DNA of 64,000 nucleotides from Tubulanus polymorphus (taxonomy: Eukaryota; Animalia; Nemertea). Shown piece after piece: positions 1 to 16,606 of this stretch. Under the pieces are notes generated by a model. The model saw nothing but the letters and a program-made list of their open reading frames with translations. It was not told where the DNA came from and ran no database searches. The DNA is taken from the NCBI RefSeq assembly GCF_964204645.1, contig NC_134034.1, forward strand, positions 1,302,001 through 1,366,000. The letters run 5' to 3'. Every line of letters starts with the position of its first letter. The first letter of the stretch is position 1. Made by a program: the position numbers and the translations under genes.

Positions 1-342
1 AGTACATCGCATTATGGTGTATTGATATAATTAGGGAGTCATTCATTTATTAGGTACCCATTAGAGGGGAGGGGAAAGTGGAATTGTGTACTGTAATGCA
101 TTAATATGAAAAATTCAATGGCAACACACCTGCCAAATACAGTTAGATATTAGTAACTAACAATACACCGCACCGCGGTGTAGATGTACTATAGTCGTAT
201 ACCAATTCAGCACGCTTGGATGGGATTTTCAAATTATCTCCGCAATTTCGAGTGTGAATTACTCAGCACTAAAAGGGTTAAGAAAAATGTATTTTATTTG
301 TGTAGAATTTAATGTTACAAATGAACTTTTCGAATTTCTCAG

Positions 343-3156
343 ATGCTTCAATGGAGAAGTTGTCCTAAAGTTGACGATCAGGAACGAGAGAAATTCAACG
401 ATTTACAAGAGAAATTATTCGCCGACAACGAAGACCTGTATCGAATGATGATCGATAATGCTGGCTACAAGGGTAACTGGAAAACAGGGTCGTATCTGTG
501 GAGGGTGTTTGAAAATACGGTCATCGCGGTGAGTAGTATTCTTTCAGAAGGCACAAATTTTTGGGAGTCGGAATATTTCGGGAGTCGGAATATTTTGAGA
601 AACGTTTCCAAACTTCGATTTTTAGAAACTGCACGGATTAAAAGTGCCGAGTTGGATCACTGACGACGTGTTCAACCGAATGGAACGAGTCATGGTTCAA
701 CAATCGATCGCTAAGCTCCACGACGACAACCTCGTTAAAGCACGAACCGGTAATGAGCAGACTACGCGATACGAGCAGACTAGGCGATACGAGCAGACGG
801 ATCCGCCGCGTTGACCTTGACATTGCAATTTATGAAATTAATGCAAAACTATGAATGAATTTTGTTCTGTTTGTTTTTGTAGGTGATTTACTGAAGGATA
901 TTGTGAGTCATATCAACACAATGAAACAGAACAAAACACAACCAAAAGCCTACCTTTATTCATCGGTAAGAGATACAACTTTTACTTCTCCATAAATCAT
1001 CCTATGACATCATCTAATTGTCTACTAGTGATTTGATCTATAGAAACTACCACATAAGATGTCTGCCTCCATATATCCCCCTATGACATCATCAAATTGT
1101 CTATTAGTGATTTGATCTATAGAAACTACCACATAAGATGTCTGCCTCCATAAATCCCCCTATGACATCATCAAATTGTCTACTAGTAATTTGATCTATA
1201 GACACTTCTAGAAAAGATGTCTGCCTCCATAAATCCCCCTATGACATCATCAAATTACCTACTAGTGATTTGATCTATAAACCCTTCTAGAAAATATGTC
1301 TGCTTCCAGAAATCCCTTTATGACATCATCAAATTATCTACAAGCGATTTAGTGTATAAACCATTCCTGAAAGTCAAAATCAAAAGTTCTATTTCCGGAT
1401 AGGACCGCGGAACCGGACTCGCTGATTATATTTGCTGTATCTCTCTATTTTGCAGCATGATTATTTGATAATCGCGTTCATGTACGCGTTGGGTGTTTAC
1501 AACGAGAAACCGATTCCGTACGCGGCGACCGTTATATTAGAAATACATTCAAACACGACGACCTCGACTAATCCGTCTGCTGCTGCTGCTAATAGCAACA
1601 ACGATTATATAGAGATTTACTATCGTAATCAAACGGATCAATCAAAACCGATACATCTACCCATCAAAGGTACGCGATACTATACATGTCTGCCTACATG
1701 AATCACCCTATGACATCATTAAATTGTCTGTTACTGATTTGGTCGATAGACATTTCTAGAAAAGATGTCTGCCTCTATGAATCCCCCTATGACATCATCA
1801 CATTATTCTGGTTTGTTCTACATACCTTTCTAGAAAAGATGTCCGCCTCTATAAATCCTCCTATGACATAATTAAATTGTCTACTAGTAATTTGATCTAT
1901 AGACACATTTATAAAAGATGTTTGCCTTTATAAATCACCCTATGACATCATAGAATTGTCTATTAGTGTTTTCTTGAAAACATGTCTGTTTCTATGGATC
2001 CCCCTATGACATTATTAATTTCTCTGCTAGTGATTTAGTCTATGGACACTTTTAGATAAGATGTCTACGTCCATAAATCCCCCTATGACATCATCAACTA
2101 TTCCTATAGTCAATTCCTCAATTCCTATGTTAATTGTAGGTTGTGGTTTGTCGTGTCCGTTGTCCGAGTTTCTCAATAAAATCTCGCATCTCGTTCCCGA
2201 CAATCTCGACGTGGAGTGTGAGGCGACACCCGAACCGGGCGTTCTCACCGGAGGTACGTACTGTGACCTGTCATCTGTTAGACAGGTTTCGATTGGTCTC
2301 TATACTGATTCCGGAATTCTTTTCTGGCGCCTTCATTTCTGTCAACCAGAATACAATCTACCTAGTCCAGAATATGATCTGTAAGGGATCGTTCATTTAT
2401 TACGTACCCATAAAATTTGAATTTTTCAACCCCCCTCCCCCTCTGTACGCAAAATCGGCCATTTTTTCATATACATTAAGCATTACAGTACGCAATTGCA
2501 CTGACCCCTCCCCCTCCCCTAATGCGTACGTAATAAATGAATGACCCCTAAACCTGATAGAAGCGGCCAGGGTCCAGTTTCATGAAAAAGTTAAAATCAA
2601 ATTTTTGGTGTAATTGCCATTGGTTACTTCGTGTTTTCAATAAGGACAACAATTCAAACTTAACCGTTTTAGGCTTAAACTTTTTTGCCTGGGCCCAGTT
2701 TCACAAAAATGATTAAGGCCTAAATCGATTTAAGATAAACTGAATTAATGAAGAAATTTAATCGATTTAAGAGATAAACCTTTTTGTGAAACTGGGCCCT
2801 GGGCCGAGTTTCATGAAAAAGTTTAAGCCTAAAACGGTTTAGTTTGAATTGTTGTCCTCATTGAAAACATGAAGTAACCAATGGCAATTACACCAAAAAT
2901 TTGAGTTAAACTTTTTTGTGAAACTGGGCCCTGGAGAGCGTTTTCTAATCTAGTCCCCCTAAACTGCAATACGTTGCTTGAAATTTCTAGGTGCCATTTT
3001 GATGTTGATGTCTGATGTTTTGTTGCTATTTCAGGTATTTTATACGGTCTGATCGCAGCTATCGGTATAGTCATCATTCTCGTCATCGTGTTAGCCGTTT
3101 ATTTGACGCGCCGACATAAAGGCTACTACATGAAATCATCGCACGAGATCACCTGA
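343..3156 (+). CDS. Lysosomal/prostatic-type histidine acid phosphatase (ACP2-like), 3' part; N-terminus lies upstream of the window
   Basis: GT-AG exons 343-528, 626-749, 883-965, 1456-1669, 2140-2253 and 3035-3156 join in frame: ...KLHGLKVPSWITDD...KARTGDLL...AYLYSS|HDYLIIAFMYALGVYNEKPIPYAATVILEIH...IEIYYRNQT...LPIKGCGLSCPLSEF...ECE. This includes the YSxHD proton-donor motif, followed by a TM helix (GILYGLIAAIGIVIILVIVLAVYL) and a short Tyr-containing tail (TRRHKGYYMKSSHEIT). The RHGxR motif is not in the window. Confidence 0.85.
987..1360 (+). repeat. ~79-bp intronic minisatellite, family A
   Basis: Tandem copies of ctatgacatcatcaaattgtctactagtgatttgatctatagacacttctagaaaagatgtctgcctccataaatcccc. 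Further arrays at ~1686-2100, 8250-8530, 27520-28262, 38145-38420, 46175-46503, 61885-62130 (partly inverted) and 63878-63980. Confidence 0.9.
2385..2548. mobile_element. PIF/Harbinger-like MITE
   Basis: TIRs GGG(A/G)TC(G/A)TTCATTTATTACGTAC, flanked by TAA on both sides. An opposite-orientation copy lies at ~3979-4111 and a truncated copy at ~33-120. Confidence 0.75.
2568..2934. mobile_element. Cluster of three abutting ~120-bp MITEs
   Basis: Repeated termini GGG(C/T)CCAGTTTCA(C/T)(A/G)AAAA and TTTTTGTGAAACTGGGCCC, joined at cctgg/ccagg sites; units 1 and 3 are inverted relative to each other. Confidence 0.65.
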
Positions 3157-3470
3157 ACACCTACCCCTGATCTGAGTTATACGTAGTGAGTGAACACCGA
3201 CCCCTGATCTGAGTTTGACGTAGTGAGTGAACACCTACCCCTGATCTGAGTTTGATGCAGTGAACACAACATGACCGTATCAAAGTCTGGTATTCAGCCT
3301 AAGTGAACACCTACCCCTGATCTGAGTTTGACGCAGTAAGTGAACACCTACCCCTGATCTGAGTTTGACGCAGTAAGTGAACACCTACCCCTGATCTGAG
3401 TTTGACGCAGTAAGTGAACACCTACCCCTGATCTGAGTTTGACGCAGTTAGTGAACACCTACCCCTGACC
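3154..3470 (+). repeat. 37-bp tandem repeat in the acid phosphatase 3' UTR
   Basis: Unit gtgaacacctacccctgatctgagtttgacgcagtaa, about 7 copies; the first copy overlaps the TGA stop. Confidence 0.9.
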
Positions 3471-4776
3471 TGTATGACGTTTTATTTGAAAAACGTAAAT
3501 TCTGTTCAGTGCCAAATTCTGGAAGCTAGATTACGCAATTCCTCAACGAGAAAAATATGTGCCATTTTTACTAGAAATATCTTCAAATGTACAATAGCCC
3601 TGAACCCTATAAGCCCTGTAACTATTTTCCGAAAATGTAAATACCAGTAAAAGTTTTATTTCTGGTATATACCAGTTAGTGTGATTGTCAGTTCACTTCA
3701 TCATTTATAGTGTACAATGTTAGAATATTACTTAGACAAGCCGCATGCTATCGAGTGGATTACCTGCGAGGTCAGAACCAAGTGCAGAGTCTACAGTTAC
3801 CTTTATATTGTATTATTAGTGTCTAGTATTGTAAAATTGATAATTAATTAGCATCATGTATATTTATTGAATCTCAAACGTGAAGAATCTCAAAAAAGAA
3901 AACGCTAGGAAATCATAGGTAAATTCATGCGTAGAGAGTGCTTATACTGTTTAAAAAACAAATGCCAAAATCTGCTAGGGGGGTCATTCATTTATTACGT
4001 ACGCATTAGGGGAGGGGGAGTGGGTCAGTGCAATTGCGTACTGTAATGCTTAATGTGTATGAAAAGATGGCCGATTCAAATTTTATGCGTACGTAATAAA
4101 TGAATGACCCCTAGGGCAAATCCTGAAGTTCAGGTCGACAATATGAATGAACCTTTCGTTCACTGATCCTGGTATCAACACGTGTGGAACTGGGTGCGTG
4201 TTGATGTTGTTGTTTAACGACTGTTAAGCAGCTAATTAACATATTACTACAAGTAGTTCATATATCTAGTCTCAGTGTGTATATAAGACTGTTCAATGTT
4301 CTTGTAAAACTTCACCAAAAAAGAAAATGAGTAAAAGTTTTAAAAGCACGATAGAAATAGGTTTAGGAAATGTCGGATAATTCGCTTAGTTTCGACTGGC
4401 ATTCGTAGTTTTCTCTCAATCTGATTCTATGACAGAGTTGAAACATTGCGAAGGAAGTTCATTATTAACCTCAAAATGCAAATTCGACAAAGAGGTTAAG
4501 TTTCACTCTAGTCAAATTGAAAATAGCTTCGCTTTCCAATGTTTTAAATCTAGAACTGTCGAACTGGATCCGTGATCCATAAACAACGAACTAAAATGTA
4601 ACAAAAAAAAGCGCGTTTATTTTATATTATATTTTATTGATGCTCTACACAAAAATCGTCAGGAAATTCTATCAATTTTACACCGGAGATGATTTTCATT
4701 TTTGAAATATCGAAGTTTGTTGTAATATGATGTATTTATACTATAAACAAATTTGTAAAGTTCCGGCTATATGTGT

Positions 4777-4926
<150 letters not shown>

Positions 4927-5746
4927 CTATACCTAATGAAATTTATAGTTATTGTGTATTATAATAATACGTGTAAACCGTATATTTTTTCTCTCGATTT
5001 TTCTATCAAATTTGAATCGCATCTTTTTGAAATTGATTTACATCGCTACGAAATGAGATGGATAGATTTTGATATCGAGAGCCGCGCCCGGGCCAACTTC
5101 GGTTATCTAGGAGTTATCGGTGAAACCAAATGTCAGTTAGTCGGAACTATATTCCGGAAATGAAATTCAGTTATCAGTTTTGACCACTAGTCGCGACTTG
5201 ATACGAAAACCGAATTTGGCCCTGTTTGTGAATTGGCCCTGTTTGTTTTCATGTGTGAATTTAAAAATCTCGGAAAAAAATTCTAAATTCAAAAGATTCA
5301 AAAAAAATTCCATATTTAAAGAGAATAATAAACACATCCTTTGCCTGCAAATTTACGAGTTACAAAGTTATGTTATTTGTTTTTTGAGGATTGCTCCGTG
5401 GAATGAAGGGGGAACGAACCCTGGTAATGGAGGATATGGGAAACAAGTGACTGGCAATGAGGTTCATCATTGATCTTCGTACAAGCAAAAAAGGCCCGCG
5501 GAGTGGGAGCACTTTTACCACCAAAGACGATCCTTAATTTAAGACACTTGAGTTCAACTCTTTTTGTGAAACTGGTGTTTCTTGTCTGAAAGTGGAAATG
5601 ACTGTATTTGATTCATTCTTGAAATTTTATAATTTGATTTTTTAAAAGTAGCCTACATGTGGCCGCTCAGGCATAGACTGTGAAACAAGTATCAATAATT
5701 CGAAGCCGCTGAGGACTGTACAAAAACGCACTGCGCTGGCTTACCC

Positions 5747-5844
5747 CATCTTCACCCGTCAAGGGATTCGAACCCACTACGCTAAAGCTGTTGCTGGTGG
5801 AAGCGAGTTCGGGAGTGATACTGGACCCCTGGCAAGCGAGGATG
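5747..5844. mobile_element. hAT-like MITE with CATC...GATG termini
   Basis: Termini CATCTTCACC and GCAAGCGAGGATG, flanked by the 8-bp direct repeat gcttaccc (5739-5746 and 5845-5852). Related termini at 9641-9975, ~15503-15675 and 17366-17604. Confidence 0.6.
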
Positions 5845-6174
5845 GCTTACCCCGGTAGCGCCAATTATTTTAAATGAGAAATTGTGGCCAACTTGAGTAC
5901 ATGGCCACATTATGCGAATAAATAACTATTTAAGTTTTTCGCGCAACTCTCTTAATTTCATTAACCGAGGGAGTGCTAGTTACGCCATCGGTTCTCATAA
6001 ACACTTTACAAAATTAACATAAGCGACGTATTTGAATTGCCGCATTCCGTATATTAACGAAAGATGATCAGACGATCCCCCGAATTCCGTAGTCGGGATT
6101 GGGCTTCACAGTCCGACACCGCAGTCCGGTCTACAAATCCGAGTACAAAAGCCGCGTTTTACGCTCATCGCTTT

Positions 6175-6192
6175 TACTTCCTGCTTCCGGTC
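6175..6192 (+). promoter_or_regulatory. Tandem ETS-like sites upstream of ARPC2
   Basis: tacttcctgcttccggt (reverse complement accggaagcaggaagta) about 85 bp upstream of the ATG, as often seen in housekeeping promoters; motif match only. Confidence 0.35.
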
Positions 6193-6270
6193 TCACGCCC
6201 AACTCAATTTTTTTGCAGTAAAAATCCAGTTTTTCAGCGGTTTTTCGGCGTGAATTGAGACGAGTGAAAA

Positions 6271-9200
6271 ATGATTTTGTTAGAGATAAACAACAGATAC
6301 ATCGAGAAGACTCTATCAGGGATCTTTAAAAAGTAAGTCAACCATGATTTAACAATTTTGGTCGCATATTTTGATTTCACAATTTACTTTCCTAAGTTCT
6401 GGTTCAGTTGTTTTCTTTCGGTTTTATTGTATTTACGCACTTCTTTCAAAGAAATGGCCCTATGTGATCGCCAAACGTATCTGTTACAATTCTGATTCTG
6501 CATTTTAAGCGAAACTTAAGTGTTTGTTCCTCATCAATCATTCTTTTGAGTCAACTTGTCCAATGTCCCTGCGGCAGTGCCAGTGGGGTGGCTCCCGACA
6601 GTCTGAGAAGCCTCCCAAAAATCCGTGCCATCTCTTCATCTAGTGGGCGGCTCCATGATGAGAAATGTGACATCGATTGAGCGCTATCTATTTGTTCTGT
6701 GGGGGAGGGGGGCTCCGTAAATATCACCATATCTCTAATGGGCGGCTCCAAAAAATTGAAATCGGATATGGAATATTATTTAGAATTATGCTGAGCCTTC
6801 ACTCCAGTGGGTGGCTCCGGGAATATGCAATTATCATCGTTTATAAATATCGTATAAATTTTATTTTTCTAGTGCTAAGTTTGAACGCGTGGACATCACC
6901 GTCGCTGGTAGGAAAAAATGAAATTTCTAAAATTCCAAAAAAACGTAGAAAAAATTCGTAATTCCAACTTTCAGGTGAAAAAAATCGATTGATGTTATAC
7001 GTGTTTCGTTTCAGATTTTGATGGTGTTTTGTTTCACATTTCAAACCCAAACGAGGACAAGTCAAAAGTCAGGGTAAATATCGCTGTGGAATTTTGAGTG
7101 CATCAACCAGATTTTATATCATATCCTGCTTATCACGCTCACAGTTTTTAAAATGTTACCTATTTTAGGTCAGCATGTCGATGAATTTCTACAAGCAATT
7201 ACAAAGTCACGGCGCCGATGAGGTATATATAAGTAACTAATTATAATTTTACTGAATCGTTGAAGTCATTGAGAATAAGAAGGTCGTCGTTAGTAACTAA
7301 TCATAATTTTACTGAATCATTGAAGTCTAGGAACTAGAAGGTTGTCATTAGTAACTAATTATGATTTTACTGAATCGTTGAAGTCATCGAGAATAAGAAG
7401 GCTGTCATTAGTAACTAATCATAATTTTACTGAATCATTGAAGTCATTGAGAATGAGAAGGTCGTCATTAGTAACTAATTATAATTTTACTGAATCATTG
7501 AAGTCATCGAGAATAAGAAGGCTGTCATTAGTAACCAATCATAATTTTATTGAATCGTTGAAGTCATTAAGAATGAGAAGGTCGTCTTAGTAACTAATTA
7601 TAATAATACTGAATTGACTTATGTCTATCTCAACTTGAGTTGAGAGCACATCAGGTGACTTAGCTAACTTTACTGAATCGTTGAAGTCACTGATGAATCA
7701 GTCATTAATCATAATTTTACTGAATGTATGTATAATAAAAAGTATGTTCGTATTTTGTTGTGTAGTTATTGAAACGAGAGTACGGCTCGTATTTAACCGA
7801 TCCCGAACCGGGATTCAATATTACGCTGCTGTTCGATCTGGAGAACCTTCCCGCCGATCACGAAGAACTCGTCAAGAAAGTCGGTTTGTTGAAACGTAAT
7901 TGTTTCGCGTCGGTGTTCGAGAAATATTTCAATTTTTTGGACGAGGAGAGCACGAACCACGAGCGAGCCGTCATCAATTACCGCGACGATGAAACTTTGT
8001 AAGTTTTGATTTTAACTCAGATTTCAAACTCCATCTCACAACTGGATGCTGGAACCGTTTCCTACTACCTGTGAATTGAATAAGGGATGAGGGGGGCGGG
8101 GTTAAACAGTTGATTAACGTATGTCGAATTGTTCGTTATGACAGGTACGTCGACGCCCAAAAGGACCGAGTCACCGTTATATTCAGCACTTTGTTCAAAG
8201 AATACGACGACATGGTCATCAGCAAAATATTCATGCAGGTAAAAATTACAACCTCCATAAATCCCCCTATGACATCATCAAATTGTCTACTACTAGGAAT
8301 TTGACCTATACTAGACGCTTTGAGAAAAGATGTCTGCCTCCATAAATCCCCCTATGACATCATCAAATTGTCTACTACTAGGAATTTGACCTATACTAGA
8401 CGCTTTGAGAAAAGATGTCTGCCTCCATAAATCCCCCTATGACATCATCAAATTGTCTACCAGTGATTTGATCTATAGACACTTCTAGAAAAGATGTCTG
8501 CCTCCATAAATCCCCCTATGACATCATCGACTGTTGTTATGTTTGTAGGAGTTCAAGGAGAGTCGTAGAACTGCTCAACAAGCTCCTCAGGTTCTGTTCA
8601 GTCACAAAGATCCGCCGTCGGAACTCAGCGGAACGGACGCTAAAACCGGCGATAACATCGGATACATTACATTCGGTAAGATCCTGATTTATTCTCATCA
8701 CTGGAGATTTTCTACTATTTTCGATCAAATGACAATATTGGAATATCTGTTGCATCCATCCTTATTTCTCGTGTGCATTTGGGAGGAGATTCTAGTAGCT
8801 ACTCCAGAGGAGTCGAGAGCTGCCTCTATTACAGGACAATTTGACAAGTCACCAAAGCTGGGACAACGACGAAATCAACTTACAGGGTCCCTACAACTCC
8901 TTGAATCCTTGATTTTTGAAAATATTTTTCAAGGTCCTTGAAAATCCTTTAATTTTGAAAAATATACATAATCTCCGAAACTCCTTAAATTCTGGGAAAG
9001 TCCTGTAAAAAATTTTCAAAAGGTCCTTTTCAGAAGACAGTGTATTCTATTATTCTTCATTACGTGACTTGTGAGTGAAAGTTGTTTCACTTTGAGATTT
9101 ATAACATTTAAACATGTCAAACCAAAACGGCACACACAACAACTGATCAAAATTTGAGAAAAATATGGATTTTGTTTTTGAATTTTCGACTTTTTTTCCT

Positions 9201-10675
9201 TATATATGACCGCGTAAACCTCCTTGAATTTTGAAAATTACTCCTTGAAAATTCCTTGAAAAGTCTTTGAATTCTGGATACCAGGAATTGTAGGAACCTT
9301 GACTTAGCAAATTGAATTAGAAATATAAATTGAGACTAAAAAAATAGAGATGACATCAGTAATGTGACGAAATAATCGCGTTCGAATGTATGAAGGTTTT
9401 CTTTATGTTATGAAATGGTACCAAAAATTCACACTAGTCTTCATGAATTTTTGATGATACCAGTTAAGTTTGTGTTTTCAGTATTGGAACGGCGTCATAC
9501 CAACGCACAGGCTCGAGACAACACTATAAACCTGATTCACACACTGAGGAACTATCTACACTATCATATTAAATGTTCAAAGGTACGTTCTACGCATAGA
9601 AACAAAACATAGAAAACAAAATTTCATTTAGGGCTAGATTCATCCTCCCTCTGCAGGGACTCGAACCTGATGGCATCGCTACACTCACGGCACGAACCCC
9701 TGCATCAGTAGACCGGGTGCGCAGGTACATGCGCAGCTTTCCGAACGAAAACTGGCGGCACCAATCAGATTGCTCGTTGTATAATCGTTGAGGCAAATTT
9801 CAAGGAAGAACTATAAATGGGAAAACCCGGGCTAAAAAAAAAAGGGATTTCTGATTGGCTAAAAATCACATCATCTGAACTGCGTATGTATCTGCGCGCA
9901 CGGTCGATTATGGCAGGGTTTCGTGCCGTGGCGATCTCGATGCCATCAGGTTCGAATCCCTGCCGGGGGAGGATGGGGTAGATTCAGGGATTCTCTTTTC
10001 TTAAGAGGCTGAATTATGAATTGTTCCCGTCAAGTTAAAATGGTTGTTGAATTTTTCGATGATTTAATCCTAGCGTAGAATGTTAATTCTAGCTCTAAAG
10101 CTTCCTTTGTAGTCGCGGTCCTCGAATCAAATTCCCAAATCGACGAGACGATCATCCGGTTCTTGAAATAAGATTCGACTGTTCTAGGATTGAAACAACC
10201 TCTCTAATTCAACAGATTTAGTCGCACTATATATGAAAAACATAACATCTCGGATATCACTCTCAAGTCGGACACATTTCTACGTTCCCAAAAGAAGTCT
10301 ACCCTATTTGGCAAAAAGGGCACTTTTCCAAAATTTATTGGGGGGGGGGAGGGGGCAACTGCTATGTACAGCCCTGTTACTAGTATAGGAAACTCTGAAT
10401 TCATGACTTTTTCCGGATATTTTTGATGAAGAGTTTCGTTTTGTTCGCGCAGGCTTATATCCACTCGCACATGAGGGCGAAAACTGTCGACTTCATCAAA
10501 ATTCTCAACCGCGCAAAACAAACTCCAAAAACTGCTGAAAAGAAAACCATCACGTGAGTTATCGAACGAAATCACTTTCGAAATCGGCGCCCGATTTCTT
10601 ATTCATTCCCGATGCTAATAGGGGGCGTTGTTGTTATTGTTTTTCAGCGGGAAGACTTTCATACAACGATCATGA
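6271..10675 (+). CDS. ARPC2: Actin-related protein 2/3 complex subunit 2 (p34-Arc), 297 aa
   Basis: Ten GT-AG exons (6271-6332, 6873-6907, 7015-7073, 7169-7222, 7766-7998, 8145-8238, 8549-8675, 9482-9582, 10453-10553, 10648-10675) total 894 nt: MILLEINNR...[13 protein letters not shown]...[15 protein letters not shown]...[11 protein letters not shown]...DRVTVIFST...[12 protein letters not shown]...[23 protein letters not shown]...KKTITGKTF. Confidence 0.97.
7232..7610 (+). repeat. 60-bp minisatellite, family C (short, diverged array)
   Basis: About 6 copies of gtaactaatcataattttactgaatcgttgaagtcattgagaatgagaaggtcgtcatta in ARPC2 intron 4; same unit as the 47300-49270 array. Confidence 0.9.
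8882..9301. mobile_element. Non-autonomous DNA transposon (hAT-like) with subterminal TCCTTGAA repeats
   Basis: Starts cagggtccctacaa and ends ttgtaggaacctt (imperfect TIRs); many tccttgaa motifs near both ends. Confidence 0.5.
9641..9975. mobile_element. Long-TIR MITE of the CATC-terminated family
   Basis: About 95-bp imperfect inverted arms (catcctccc...agggactcgaacctgatggcatcg versus cgatgccatcaggttcgaatccct...gggaggatg); flanks ggctagatt and gggtagatt form a near-TSD. Confidence 0.65.
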
Positions 10676-11897
10676 TTTGAAACGTGGAATTGTTGTTATC
10701 ATCTAATGAACTCTTGTGTAATACTTAACGCGTGCGTTTATCCTAGACACTAACAGAGAGAGAAGAACAGACCCAGTCCGAATCCCTCACATGAACTTCC
10801 CTGGAGGAAGTAATTATTCAGATTATTTTTTAATTTTTTTTTTTTTTCATTTTGAAAATGAGAAATCATTATAAAACGAGATAATTTTTTTCGCCGAATT
10901 TTTAAAATAATTTTTTCTTAGGTTTTTTTTCTAGTTCGACTCATTTCATTGAATTCCTTTTTGTTGTTTCCGATTTTTTTCTTTTTTCAATTTAAAAAGA
11001 AACTAATTTTTTAAGCGGAAAATTATCAAGTATCTATTTAAAACGTTTGAAAGAACCAACAAAAATGTACGATTCAATTAAGTAATGATTTTGATGAAAG
11101 TTTTGTCTTTCTGTCGAAATGAAAACCTGTGCACACTGTAAATAGAGTAATGACAAAATAAAATATATATATATATATATATAGACAAATCATGTATTGG
11201 AATTTTATAAATATTAAAAACAACATAACCGAAAAAGAATTGACTTTTTTGAATAATGGTGTATTAACTAGAGACATCCCTTGAGTCTGCTCTTCATGGA
11301 TGAAACATAAATAAATATAAGATTAGGGAATTCCGGTTTGCCTAAAAGCATTTTTATTTCAAAACTAAATAACAACAGTAAAACTTAAAATGTTGAGATA
11401 CTCTTATCAATAACAGAGGCAGATCCAGGGCAAGACTTGAACAAGTCCATCTATTTCTTTCGGTGCCCTTTTTGATTTTGTCTACAAAGATAATAGGTGA
11501 ATTTCACTGCGAAATCATTCCTAATATTTGTCTCATCGGTGACAAGTTCTTCAAAAGAAGTACACTTTACTCTTTTTGGACATCAAAGTGTCCTTTGGGA
11601 CTTGAAAAGTTCTTCAAAATTGGCCTCTGGATCCACCCCTGAATAACGCGGTATATGATTTCTTCAGATAAATGCTGAATCTACAAAGTAACAATCCAGG
11701 TATTATTATTGAGACTAGATTGCAGATTAGACTCTGGGAACCGTGGTACTAGATAGCAGATTAGACTCTTGAGTGCCAGGTACTAGATTGCAGATTAAAC
11801 TCTGGGACCTCTGTGGTCCTATTAAGTTTGCCCTAACAGCATGCTAAAAAGGGACATGGCACCATTTTACTTCTAGACATTGTTTAATTTCCTATTT

Positions 11898-15415
<3,518 letters not shown>

Positions 15416-15828
15416 TTTGTTTGTAAACAGTCATTGCGCAATACCGCTAGAAAGGGCATAATTAATATGTTTATCGCAGATGTATCGGTTTTTTCATTCC
15501 GTCATCCTCGCTTGCCAGGGGCCCCGGTATCGCGCCGAACTCGGTTAGACTGGTTACCGGTGTCTATTCTGACTGCGAATGCGGGTGGCGCAGAATTGGA
15601 CAGGCGACCAGTCTAATATCGCTTCCACCAGCAGGAAACGGCTATAGCCTAGTGAGCTCATATCCCTAGACGTTCCTCTTTGAAATGATTTTAGGTTCAA
15701 TTGTGCTTAGGCGCTGTCTCGCTTTGCCGAATCAAATATTCTATCGGGTTGCATTGAATATAGGATTGTAATATTGCCGTTATGGTGACCCGCACGGCAC
15801 TCTTTATAAAGATTATTTTGAAGACACA

Positions 15829-16162
15829 TAAAGCCGGGCAGGCATAGATCGGCCTTGCGACGGCTTGCGACTCACTGCGACCACCAGCGATGATCGTGTC
15901 GCAACGATTCACCGACCTACGCTACCTTGCGACTGCCAGTGACGGGTTGCGACTGCCAGCGACGCCAGTCGCAATGAGTCGCACATGTTCTACTTTTTGC
16001 GACGCGACGGCGACTGTCGCAACCGATCTACGCGCTCTTGCGACTGGGAGCAACTAGTCGCACACAGTCGCTGACAATCATGTCGCAACCGACTTACGCC
16101 CCCGCTTGTGACGCAACGCGACGATCGCGTTGCGTCGCACGGTCGACCTACGCCCGGCTTTA
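15829..16162. mobile_element. Harbinger-like MITE with internal GCGAC/GTCGC motifs
   Basis: Inverted ends taaagccgggc and gcccggcttta (TAA/TTA flanks); interior dense in tgcgac/gtcgca motifs. Confidence 0.6.
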
Positions 16163-16606
16163 GGGATGATAAACAAGAAATCCCACTTGAGAGTACGTAT
16201 AGACGCCTTGATAAATAACACACAATACTGTGTCAACAACACGAAACAAGAGGGAATCTAGTAAAATTGCAGGAATATCTTTATTCAAGAACCTGTCAAA
16301 CAGAACTTGCACAAAAATATGAGGTCTAGAAAAACATAATCTACGAGCAAAACACGCTACTACTTCACTGACTAAAATAAGTAAGAGGGAGAAGCCTCGG
16401 GTCGCGCAACACCAGGACCAGCAGAGTTCCAGTCAACAATAGTTCACTTGAGCTATGAATTAATGTCAGGTATCGCGGAACTGTGTGCAGACTGATAGAG
16501 GTAGGTTGTTCTGCCTGGTGTCTCAGCGATGCTGCTGTCTGTCTTTCCGTATTGTCCGGTCTGACTCATTTCTCTGTCCGTCTGCCTGTCTCTGTCTAGA
16601 TCAGCT

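Noticed and set aside
5760-5790. Possible tRNA or SINE from the gggattcgaaccc motif (also near 9660 and 9950)
   Set aside because: There is no cloverleaf or A box; the motifs lie within TIR-bounded elements.
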